Positions 40,501 to 51,700 of a stretch of DNA of 64,000 nt are shown piece after piece. Below the pieces are notes generated by a model. The model had not been told where the DNA came from and searched no databases. It saw only the letters and a program-made list of their open reading frames with translations. Source of the stretch: Klebsormidium nitens (lineage: Eukaryota > Plantae > Klebsormidiophyceae); contig DF237330.1 in assembly GCA_000708835.1 (NCBI GenBank), positions 26,261 to 90,260 on the forward strand, written 5' to 3'. Made by a program: the position numbers and the translations under genes. Numbering within the stretch: the first letter of the stretch is position 1; each line of letters opens with the position of its first letter.

Positions 40501-42772
40501 CCCTGTGAAGTCAGGTCCGATAGGAGTACTTATATTGCTGATCGAATCAACTTGAAGAGTGCGTCCATCAGAATTATCGCGCCGGTTTGTTTCGTTCGAC
40601 CTCGTATGTCCGCGGCTGATTGCTCTTCCCGTTCCTCCACGTTAGCCTGCTCCGTCAGCACTTGTCCGTTCGTTCCCGTCTTTTCACTCTGGACTTCTTT
40701 CGATGCTGTCCGCATCCGTCCGTTCTCGACTCGTTATGGCCGCCTGAAAATTGGAACGTAATCCGGAAAACAAGGACTCTGTTTCTTTCTAGGTTGTTCC
40801 GTCCCCCTTTCGCCTCTTTGTCTTTTATCTCTTTATTCAGGGCTGGCAACTATTAACCTGGGTGATCGAGCCTCGCATGTTACTGAATGCAAAGCAACGC
40901 GGGGCTCTGTAATTCAAATTGTGCACGGAAAAGTTTGGAACCTTCTGTCGACGGAAGACTTTCTGATAGTAGAATCTCTAGAAGCTTTCAGATCTGCTGA
41001 CTGATCATTAGTTCCGCTACGGTGAGCACGCAGGACGTCGGGTGCTCCTCAGCTCGAGAGGATGAGTACTCAGTTCCCGGGTAAAGAACAAGGTTGAAAT
41101 CTTGGCCAATTGATTCCTATTCCTCGGCGGTTTGATAGAAGTACCCTCCTTTCGATTAAGATGACATCACCGATCTTTGCGGTCACGGTCCACAAACTTT
41201 GAAATAGACCTTGATGAGGTTGTCAGATCGAGTCTTAGCCGTCAGAATGACCGTTTCCTTCTTCACAGGTGCCACTTACCGCAAGGAGCCCGAGCCCGGT
41301 TTTGATCCGTTCGGGCGAAAGGAGTTCCTGGAGACGCTTGGCCACACCTTCGTCACCAACTGGAAAGATTTGCCTCCGGAGAGGCGGACCGAGGAGCTAA
41401 AGCTGAACGTCCAACAAGTTGCCCTGGCTGAGGCAGTGGTAAGTCAAATTGGATTAAGTTAAGTCTCTTTAGGAAGTAGAGTCTGGCCCTCTCCAGGTGC
41501 CTCAGGCTTTGTCGGTTGGTTTGTTGCTTGGGAGGGACTTTTACAATTCTTTGTCAGCAAGGTTTTCCGCTCACATCCTGCTTTTGTAGAAACCTTAGTA
41601 GTTTCGAACCCCTTTCTCCCTTCTATCAGGAGGGACCCTTACCAACGTTTAATAAATCGAGTCATCAATGTCATCATCTGGTTCGTTGTTTGCTCTGGTT
41701 TCAAACTTGGGTATGCACTATATCTAAGTTTTCATGGCACCCTTTCTCAAGCATTCTCTGTTTGTCAGAGCGAATTGACACAGCTGCTAGGACCCATCTG
41801 CTAGGCATTTGATATGTCCTTTTCTGGACCACTCATCGTACAAACCGCCAACGTATTCATTGCGAGTCTTCTGCGGGCTCCTGTCGTGCAGCCGTGGAAT
41901 CAGGCTTTTGCACTCCAAAAATTCAACAATCTGGTCATGGGCGGAACCAATAGCAGGCTCCAATTGAAAGTTGTTGTAGGCTGTCCAATGCACCAAGCTT
42001 TGTTGGATATTTTGTCGGTCTGAATCCTATTTCAAGAAAATCCTTTGGCTGTCTCCCAAACCTCGCTCGAAGCCTAGCGATTTTCGGTCGGACCAAACAC
42101 TGGCTTCTCGTATTCTCGCTTTCATCCACTTGTTCAGTCCGTCACTCAAACGTGTCTCAATGTGGATGATATATTTCGACGGTCTGTTTGCTTTGACGGA
42201 GCAGCTAATGTAGAGTTTGCGATATATCTTTCCAGTTTGCGGTGTGCTTCGGGTATGATGGCAACGTCGGCAACATGAAGGAGCTCCCCAAGAATGGCGT
42301 GATGGCGATCCTGTACAAGAAGGCAATCGCTTCCGTCAACGACCTGAACGAGGAGTACCTGAAAGCTGCGGTCGACGTGCTGCGTCACCCCCTGCTTCGA
42401 GAGCCCGCTTCAAGGGTTCCACCGCCTGTCCCCAGCCGTCTGAAGGCCCTTCCCCCTAGCGGCAGCCTCCCGGGCGGCCCGCCGGTTGCAACCGCCCCAA
42501 GCCTCCAACCCTCGGGAACTGCGGGTCACGTCCCCCCAAGCTTTCCCCTCGCACCTCCCCCCGTTCATCGGGGCTGGAACGGGTCACAGGGTACGGACGG
42601 GCTACCCCCAGTCTTCGAAGATTCCCCGGACGACTGGCGCATGTCGCCGCCGGGCAGGGGGGATCCCTTCGGCCCGCCGGGCAGCTATTGGGGGAAACCA
42701 AGAAGCCTGTTGGAACGGAACTTCATGATCGCTCAGGGGCATCTGGTCCCTGATTCAGAAGCTCAGGAGTAA
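37525..42772 (+). CDS. Transposon-borne accessory protein of unknown function (acidic/basic disordered N-terminus, coiled coil, Pro-rich segments, helical C-terminal domain); 6 exons, ~677 aa
   Basis: Exons 37525-38062, 38510-38668, 39152-39477, 40155-40458, 41269-41438, 42236-42772 are phase-consistent (2034 nt). The acceptor at 40154 is AAG and so less certain. Exons are GC-rich and coding-like. The gene lies between the element's inverted ends. Confidence 0.78.
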
Positions 42773-43329
42773 ACGTTTTAGTCGGTCGGCCGGAACCTCG
42801 TCGTGGACGTCACCGGGAGACCAGCGAAGCAAGGAAATTGAGTATAGCAGGGTATATTTTTATAATGCATCTCACGTAGTGAATTCAGTCGGGTTCCAGT
42901 CTTTTGATAGAAGCTATGAGTTTATTTGTTAGCCGTCTGAGTTCTCGTTTCCAGATCTGAAACTGAGTAGAGCATCCGCCAGGCAGTACGTTGCATACCA
43001 CCAGAGATACCAGAGAGCTTGCCAAGCAAATACCATACGTACCTAGCAGGCTAGCTGTAAGTAGCGAAGGGGGTGACATTCCTTATGTCTTGAGTCTGTT
43101 TTTGTAAATTCAATCTTTTCCATGCATTTTGCGCGAGGCGATTGACCGGATGCAGCCCCCGACATGTTTGGACATGTGTATGATGGACAAACTGACATTC
43201 TACGTATCCGATCCATCTTGTGCATTCATGTCACACCATTCTTATGCATTTCGGAGACTGGATTGCGCAAGGTGTGTATCCCAGATGCATGCCGGACGGA
43301 AGCTGTACTCTATCATTCTCGCACAGCTT

Positions 43330-43559
43330 GTGTACCCAGAGCGTATGGGCCAGACCTCCGATACCGTATGGCTTCTGTATGGTACACGTTCGTGTACACG
43401 TCATGTATGAATCAGCAAATCCCCGATACCCTGTGGCCTCGTGCACCACAGTGTACGAGAATGATACCGGAATGTACAAGAATGGTACCGGAATGCACCA
43501 TGGGAAGTTCTGTGATAGGCTCTTCTAAAACCGCTGCCCGCCATTTCAGGACCGCTATA
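43330..43559 (-). repeat. Right terminal/subterminal inverted repeat region of the Plavaka element
   Basis: Inverse counterpart of 27972-28074. Five GTACAC/GTGTAC hexamers lie in 43330-43456, with a local duplication of taccggaatg. Confidence 0.7.
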
Positions 43560-44990
43560 CTTAAAACGTGGCAGCTCCTTTCTGTCCAATATATTCGTCT
43601 GCTTCATTAAAATACCCTCTGTTAGTCGAATTCACTGCGACTATGATTGAGCAGCTCACCAGATCTGATGGAGAGCCTCGTATATTGGCCTTACCAATGG
43701 GTTAGGCAGTGATTAGATGGCGTTGGTACGATACCATGTTAATGATATTAGTCAGTGCGCATGGTGGCTTATAGCGCTCACTGCAGCTCTATGGGCTTAC
43801 TTCCTGGCCCCTCTACATAACCGGCCTGCATTTTCAGAGCCCTATCCCCATAACCGGCGTTATGGCTTGGCCGGCGGCTTCATACCCTTTGATCGACGCG
43901 GCTCTCTTCCAAATATGCTGGCCCCAAGTGGGGAGTGACCCCCGGCCCTCCCCACTGAGCGGGAAAGGAGACAGGCGGGGAGTGGGACAGGCCTATCGGA
44001 GAGGAACGAGCTGGAAGAGGGCAGAACATGTTATGATGTCCCCAGGCTCCTAGGCCAACATTTCATAGTAGCTGTAAGCTCCTTAAATATGGATCTTCAA
44101 TCTTCTGTTTCGTTCTTACATTTGAGCTCCATTGAGACGTAATGTTAAGGGTTTCAGAGCTGGCTGGAAGGAGCAACTAAAAGGCATTGAAGCTTGAAAT
44201 TTACACCGTGATCATCGGACCGATTTGGTCTGTTTGAGCGTCATAGATCTCAAGCCGCCCGAGTACAGACCCAGTACAGATTTAATAACATTCGGTATAT
44301 ATGTATGAGCAAGTCAGACTCCATCTGTATATGAGCCGCGCCAGCTTCTCGAAAGTCGCGCTTATTCATGCAGTACGTGCGCACGCTACTTAGCGCCTAG
44401 CTCGCTAGCCGCCATGAGGACTGCATATATGAGGAGTAGGAGCGCACCGCCTGCGTCAATCGCCGCCCGCGCACAGGGTTTCGGAAAGGTCACGGTCGGC
44501 GTACTGGACTTGAGCACGTGAACTATATCTGGCTGGAAAGCGTCTACCTAAGGGTTAAACCAACCAAGGTCATTTTGTAGTGAACCCACTACCGGTATGT
44601 TCAGTCCAGACTCCAGAGCCCCGGCCTCGATCGAGAACCGAACGGCCGGCCAAGGCCCCCCCGCCCCTCACGACTCTCCCGCTGCACTTGGGATTCCAAA
44701 CCCCCAACGGTCAACCCCCACCCTCTGAACTGAACATCATAGGGCGCGCGCGCGCGTCAGCTTCAAAACGACCTTTACGCTTTAACCCTCAATTGGACGT
44801 TTCATGCATGGCCTACTCCAGTACTACCGCCCGGCACTGAGCGGCAGTGCCGCGGGCACTAGTGCCGCCTGCATGTTTGCCCGCAAACGGGAGAAACACT
44901 CGACACGAGTCGTCATACCCGGCAAACGTCAGGCGACGGAGTTGTTGCTCGGCCGACTCTACCGAGGGGTGTCGGCCTAAACATGGTCTA

Positions 44991-45288
44991 CAGTACCGTA
45001 ATTGAGGTACCTGTGTGGCAAACACAAGATGACCGGTTCAAGTGCCCAGCCGACCGACCGGGCAACAATCGGCCTGGGAGCCGACAAAATCGAAAGTCCG
45101 TGTCGAACGCAATTTCCCAACGGACAATCTGTCGGGAAACTATTCCGTACGGTCCCCTCACGGGGTATGATCGCAGCTCCGGATCCCCCTCCGAGTCATG
45201 ACGACCATGTGCCTGCTTGTACGGACGGGGGATCAACGGGGTCTCGGCCGGGCTGATTCGGTTGAGGACGTACCTAACTCGGTCACTG
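44991..45288. mobile_element. Possible old ~300 bp MITE
   Basis: Imperfect inverted ends: ta|cagtaccgtaattgaggtac versus reverse complement cagtgaccgagttaggtac. The CAGTGAC start is shared with the 47044 MITE. No clean TSD. Confidence 0.3.
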
Positions 45289-45789
45289 CCAAATTCCAAT
45301 CACACTGACAGTGAATGAGGCAGACTCTGCTCGCCAACTTTCACGAATTGGCTGCGCAATACAACAGCTATACAGCTAGCAGCATAGGGCTGAAAGGACA
45401 ATGGCTCCGTAATCATTACTGCCGTCTAATGATATTGTTCATCAGCGCAATATGCATCCTGGTCAAGGGTAGTACCTCCTTCCAGGTTTTAGTTTTAAGT
45501 TCTACAGCAGGCGTGCATGAGAATGTTTTCTACTAGAGCTGGCTATACGCGCTCAACTTGAAGGGGTGCTCTTGAATGCTAGTGCTGAAAGTCGCAGCGG
45601 CTGGCTCGGCACAGAGTCTGCAGAGGAAACACCAGAGACTCATGAGCTGGCGCTCTGAACACATGCTGCCTCTTTGCCCAGATGTGGCAGTTTTGAGAAA
45701 TTTGTGGCCGCTTATATTACATTGTTAAAACAATCCTACCATATATATATATCAGCGTTGCGCAATACTGAACAGCCAGACCGTCAGCA

Positions 45790-48700
45790 ATGGAAAGCCG
45801 CATCGGCACTCATGCCAGGTTGGCGAGCACGTCAGTCAAGATGCTAAGGCAGGTTGCTGTTACATATTCCCTGCTCTGTCTGACTTCTAGTGTGGATGCG
45901 TTCTTCAACGGAAGCACTGGCGTGACCAGAGGGACAAAACCTTCAACCCTTCCAGGCGAGTCTAGCGGTCGGCTGCAAGACAGTGCATTAGCTGTATGGC
46001 ATAGCAGGTGGACAGGCTGCGCTCATGTGGTTGGACCCCCCTGCTAATTTGCAGTGCATTGTGTTGTCAGCTCGGGGTTGCTTGAGACAGACTCCGAGCC
46101 AGTCACTTAATAGGGACAAAAATGACTTCCCAAAATGACTTCTCAACAGCATGCAATGCTGCAACTAGGTTGGCATCCTCTATATTGCTGTCGTGTATAT
46201 GCTTCTAGTTCTGAGTAACATGGTGCAGGAGCTCTGAATGTAAGTGAGACGACTACCAACACTTCTTGAAGGTCTTCAAGAATTGGATTGACCTTCAAGA
46301 GATTGATAAATGAATCTGGTCGAATCCACAATGAACTTGACTCTACAACCAAGTGAAAGCTACCTTCATGACAGATGTGCAAGCAGTCTTCTTTCTCACG
46401 AGAATCTGACTAAGAACGATATAGCAGTAAACCAGGTATGCACGTAGAGGGAATGAGCTCACCAAGTAAATCCAAGGTTGTATCAGAGGGAGAGATAGAC
46501 CGCATACATTCCAACATGTTCTCAAGTGGTCCAAACACAGGTCAGTGCGAGCTTTTTCCGGCGCAAGACTTCCTGGGCCACGATATCAACAACGGGTGCC
46601 GCAACCCGCAGCCGTCAGCAGCTGCGTGCTGTTCCAGCTGCGACAGCACCGCTGGGTGCGTGGCGTGGACTTGGCATGGCAGCGTCAACCCAGGCGCCTG
46701 CAACGTCTGGGGCGAGTGCTGGCTCAAGGACTCCGTCACTGTGCTCGTGCCTTCAACGGACTCCCAGGCAGTTGCTGGGAGAAGCTCTGCGGTTCCATCG
46801 ACCCAAGGTACACCAGCTCTCTCTCCTTCTCTGGTTGCAGTTGAAGATTTCAACTCATTGAGCAAAAGTAGATTCAATAAGCAGGCGCAGAAGATTTGGT
46901 CAAAGCCATGGCAGAAGCGCCGGCTATTTTGCTGGCATAACCGGAAACCCATCCAAGCCGCAATTGGAACTCTGAAACATATATAGTTGAGCATCCCTGG
47001 CTTTATGTAGTAGCTCACTCAGCGTCATCTCATAACACTCTGACAGCCACTGCACGAACGCCGACAATTCGCCGGCCGCCACACCCCCGGCCCCCGGAAT
47101 TGTGCGAAACTTTTCCAGCCAGCCGCCAGGCTGGCCCCCCCAGATTGGACTTTCAAAAATTCAGGAAATTGCACTTATTTCGAAGAATACGCCCCATTTT
47201 CGTCCTCAATCAGCGCATATTCTCTGTCCGTATCCCATAGGTATGTCAAGTCGCCTGAGTTCAGCAGAATATATTGAATATTGTCTTGGTTTTGGCTGGT
47301 GGGTCAGCCCGGGGCGCTTTACCCGGCTGCCGCCGCCGCCGCCGGACCCCCTGTTCGCTCGTCCTCCGAGCACTTCCGCCAGCCGCCGACCGCCCCCGCC
47401 GCCATTTCAATTGTCGGCATTCGTGCAGTCACTGTAAATCTGTTATGAGACCACGCTGAGCGTGCATATATGGGCTTTGGAATCGATACCATGTGTGAGG
47501 TGACACTTTGCTTGTTTCTCGACGCTGCCAAAGTCTCCTCCAATTGGAGGACATTTGAAGGTGACACTCTGGAGCGGCTGCACTTAATCAACATGGGCAT
47601 TCAAGTTGGCCTCACGTCTAGCCCTATCTTGCGGTGGCATTTTCCTCTTTGGATTGAAGTGTTGTTATCAGAGAATGTGTGCATGTTCCGTTTTTATTGG
47701 GCTCTTTTGCCTTTATTGATTAATCACACGTTTATTTGCTAGCAGTGTGGAGGCACTACATCTCTTTAGGGGCCAACTATAGATTTTGGCCGTTTTAAGG
47801 AAGAACCCAAGGCTGTTCTTTCCTCGAGAGTAAACTGCAGGTTCCAAGTCTGACTTGGTCAGTCTTCTGCCTTTCTGATAAGGCCAGATTGACCATGTAT
47901 TAAGGCTGTTTGAGTTGGCCGTAAGACTGGTCTTACTAAGTACCTTAGCATAGTGACCAAGCATTTAACAGTGGCCTTCTACAACAAGCACCAACTCCTA
48001 CCGTCGGCCAAAGTTGACTCTGGCCCGAGCCAGCCCTCTGCTCCAGTCTCGAGCTGCTAGCTCCGTTCATGCCCAACTTCTTATTCGAATTCCATCCCCC
48101 AACAGAAGAAATACCAAGACTGAACCGTGTATGTTTCAACTTCGTATGTTGTTCCAGTAACCTCGTTTTCGAGCAGGGCGGCAACTGATCAGTCCTTGCC
48201 GCACTCTCGCTGCACTCTCGTTGGATCCTTAGTAGTTCTTAAAAGCCTGCGTCAAAAACAGCCCCGTTGCCCTTCGCATCCACAGGGACTTGCGACCACT
48301 TCCCCGCACAGGACTTCGTGGGACACGACATCAACAATGGGTGCGAGAACCTGCAGCCTTCTGCATCTGCTTGCTGCGCTAGCTGCTACACAAATGACCA
48401 TTGTGTGGCGTGGTCCTGGCATGGGAGCATCAACCCATCAGCCTGTAACGTCTTTGGCGAGTGCTGGCTGAAGGACATGGTGGCTTCGCTGTCCTCCTCG
48501 AGCGACCCCCAAGCAGTGGCCGGAAAGTTGAAGAATGTGGTCATCCCAACGACTCCAAGTAAGCAGAGCCGGACGTGCTTTTCCTAGCGACTCCAAGAAA
48601 GCAGACTCAGCCAATGATTGTTGCAACACCTGCATCTAAAAAAGGGATCCTAAAGTGTATTCCCCGTGGGAGAATCTGCCTTAGTACTGAGTACCCACTA

Positions 48701-51700
48701 TGGGAGGTTCCACTGTTATATCTAGCTCGGTTAGAGGGCGTTGCAACGCGGGGCACGTTGGAACTGTGGCCCCAAACGCGTACAGTGCCTTTCGGGTCAA
48801 GAGATAGTCAATCGAAGGCCTATCAAAGTCGGCTTAAGAAAGTTCCATCTTGATTTTGTAATTGGTCGCGGCTGATTTGTGGTCCTCTTACACTCAGCCT
48901 GAACTTTTGACCTCACAAACAGGCACTAGTCTTCCAAATGTGTTTCCTACTAAGGTGGATCAGCTATGTCCAGGGGAGATTGCGCAGATAGGCTCTGAGC
49001 ATTTGATGGACCATCCACAGCAGCTTCTATCAATGTTAAGCTGATTCGTTTGAGACCCAGCGCTTTTTGACTCACTAAATCCAAGTATTTTGTAAGCTAG
49101 GTGGCATTCAACTCTAGAACCTCTGCATGCATCCGGACCCTCATTACAGAAAGACTTTTTTTAGAAGCCCTCACGATCCCGACGGCGGCATTAGACATGC
49201 CTGGGTTAGCATCGATCTCAGAGATTAAATAGAAAGTCTATTTTTTCAAGCGCACCTGAGAAGCTGACGGGAAGACATTGGCTGTTTACTTAGCTTGAAT
49301 ATCTTTGCAAGCTGTCCACCGTCGATAACACAAGGAAACTCTGCCGTGATACCAACAATATCGGTCGTTGCTTGCTTCAATTTGAATGCCCTTATACCAG
49401 ACGCTGTAAAACAAACCTCCGGTGAATTGCCCCTTTCCTCAAAGATGCCAGTGCTTCAAAGCCAATCCTCCCTTATGACAAATCTGATCAGCAATCTGCC
49501 TAATTCTGACCAATCAAAAGTTTCATAATCCTGGGATAGCGGTCTCTATCAGAGCGTAGTGATGCAGGTTAGTGTCTCAATACGCTATTATCTTAGAGAA
49601 CAAACCTTGCGTGTATGCTTTACGATCTCAACAAAGGCATGTCGACACCGTTGCGAAAATTGCTGCAATGAGGTACGGTCACTCTACAAAGCCCCTTTTA
49701 AAGGAAAAAGGGGTCTTTTGGTCTTTATTTTTTCATCAAACGGCAAGGACGTTTCTGCTCTTTCTGACACACACCTGGCTCGCGGAGGCGCGCCTTGGAA
49801 TGAAAGTGGAGGGGCGGGTACTTAAGTTCGACCATGTGTTCAACACCGCGCCGCCTCGCAGGAAACCCCGTTATCCAGTGGGCCGGACTAGCGCCAAAGC
49901 TTCCTTGTCCGCACTTGAACGTCCACCTTGTTTTGCAGTTGGCTCGTACTGCGCCGCCCAGACGCACCTGGGCTTCGATTTCTACGGCGTCGACCTCAAC
50001 AACGGTGCCCAAAACCCCCAACCCACGGCGGACGCGTGTTGCAATTCTTGCGAGTCAGACCCTTACTGCGTGGGCTGGACGTGGCATGGCGCTCGCAATC
50101 CCCAGGGCTCCAACGTGTTCGGCGAATGCTGGCTCAAAAGCAGCCTCCCCGATTATCCCCAACGGTCCAACGACCCTACGGTGGTGACTGGCAGGATGCT
50201 CCGCAGCAGTGAGCTTACATGTCCTTGCTCGTGAATTGCAGTTGATGGACAATAATCAGCAAGCATTGAAGAGTCGACTTATGACCGAAGGTCGTCGTGT
50301 GATGCGAACTCGAGAGGAACATACGATTTTCCTATCGAGGTTTACTGACGGGAGCCGGCCGGTAGAAATACATGGTCAGTGACGTCATTACAGGTATCCC
50401 GATCTTTGAGCAGCTCCAGCACGATTTCGTCTTGATTCTTCCGGTTTTACAAGTCACGAAGTCACGATGGAATCTAAAAATTATACTTTGAAGGGATCCG
50501 TCTGACTTGCATGGATTCTCCATATAGCAGAGCTTTCTCATCATTGTCGTGTTCGCGAACATAGTAGCCTCTCGCTTCAAGTTCTGAGTGTATGGTCAAA
50601 CGTTCCTGGACTCGGTTCTTGAAACACGCTTGGAAGCCAAACTCAGCAACCTATGCGCAAAGATGAGCTGTCTCGTTTGTGTGGATCGAGATTCCGATCC
50701 AAACAAATTCGTTGACGAGTGGCGAATCGAGATGGTTATTACAGCTATCTCCCCCGTGACCAACATGACAATAGATATTTGCTACGGGCTTCCGTTTTTA
50801 CACAAATGTGCATGCTCGGAAACCTAGCTAGATTAAAACTGCATTCCGAAAATTTGAGGAAGTTAAAGCTTGGATCACGCCATTCACTTTATGCCCTCAC
50901 GCGTTTGAGAACAGTGTCCCACTGGCAATCTCCAACAAATGTCCTGTTTCTGTGCAGTCTGCGATGGCATTACCCCGAACAAATGTTACGATGCGGATAA
51001 CGTCGGCTTCACTTGTTGCCCCGGACGGTGCTCAGCACAGACTTCTCCCGTGGCCCTCTGTGATTACGGCGACGAAAAGCCATGTAAGTGAGCGGCGTAG
51101 ATTGTTTATATATAATAATTCTCGTGAGTTCGAGACTGTGACTCGGAGGCCTGAAACTCATGAAACTCAGGTTACTTCTCGTAGTCACAAGCCCTTTCCG
51201 TCCACACCCGTGTTTGCCAAGTTTTTGAAAGAGCAGCCTGAGGTAGCTTGAAATACATTTGCGCTTAATGGCGATGATGCGCATTTTAAGGATATCCATC
51301 AGACCAGAAGTTCTTAGAAGCTTTAATCTTCACGCTAACAACACGTCGATCCTGTACTAGCTGTTTCTAAGACGGTTCTGGTCACTTTGTGTTCATTGAG
51401 TTCGATATATGAGTGTAGGGGCGTGCCCTGCGATTGAGCACGGTGATCGTAGAAGCGATTCGTGACGATTTTCGACCATACTGTATGCGTTACTGTCCAC
51501 TTTTTAGCTAGCCTATTGCAGGACAGCATGATAAGCCGTGCAGTACCCGCGCGAAATAGGTTTTCCTTGTCTTCCCTTTGCAGCCAATGACAGTCTCATC
51601 GAGGTGGAATTTATTACGACCATAGAGGGCTACGCCTTCTCAGAGCTCACCCAAAAGATGATAGATGCATACATCACCGCATTCTCGTCTCAAGGAGACG

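Larger units (their letters stand above)
27950..43580. mobile_element. Plavaka-type (CMC/CACTA-related) DNA transposon, ~15.6 kb, two divergent genes
   Basis: It contains a Plavaka transposase and a divergent second gene. The ends are imperfect inverted repeats (27972-28074 vs 43451-43559) with clustered GTACAC/GTGTAC motifs at both ends. Exact termini and TSD are not resolved (about +/-50 bp). Confidence 0.78.

Noticed and set aside
42845-43640. Possible separate MITE bounded by cagggtat..tttta..atg / gtgaattc blocks
   Set aside because: The shared blocks occur in swapped order, there is no TSD, and the interval is better explained as the right end of the Plavaka element.
50209-50234. Stop codon ending a stand-alone 3xPAN protein
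   Set aside because: A good phase-1 donor (A|GTGAGC) at 50209 joins in frame to seven further exons. Read-through to this stop remains possible as a short isoform but is not the preferred model.
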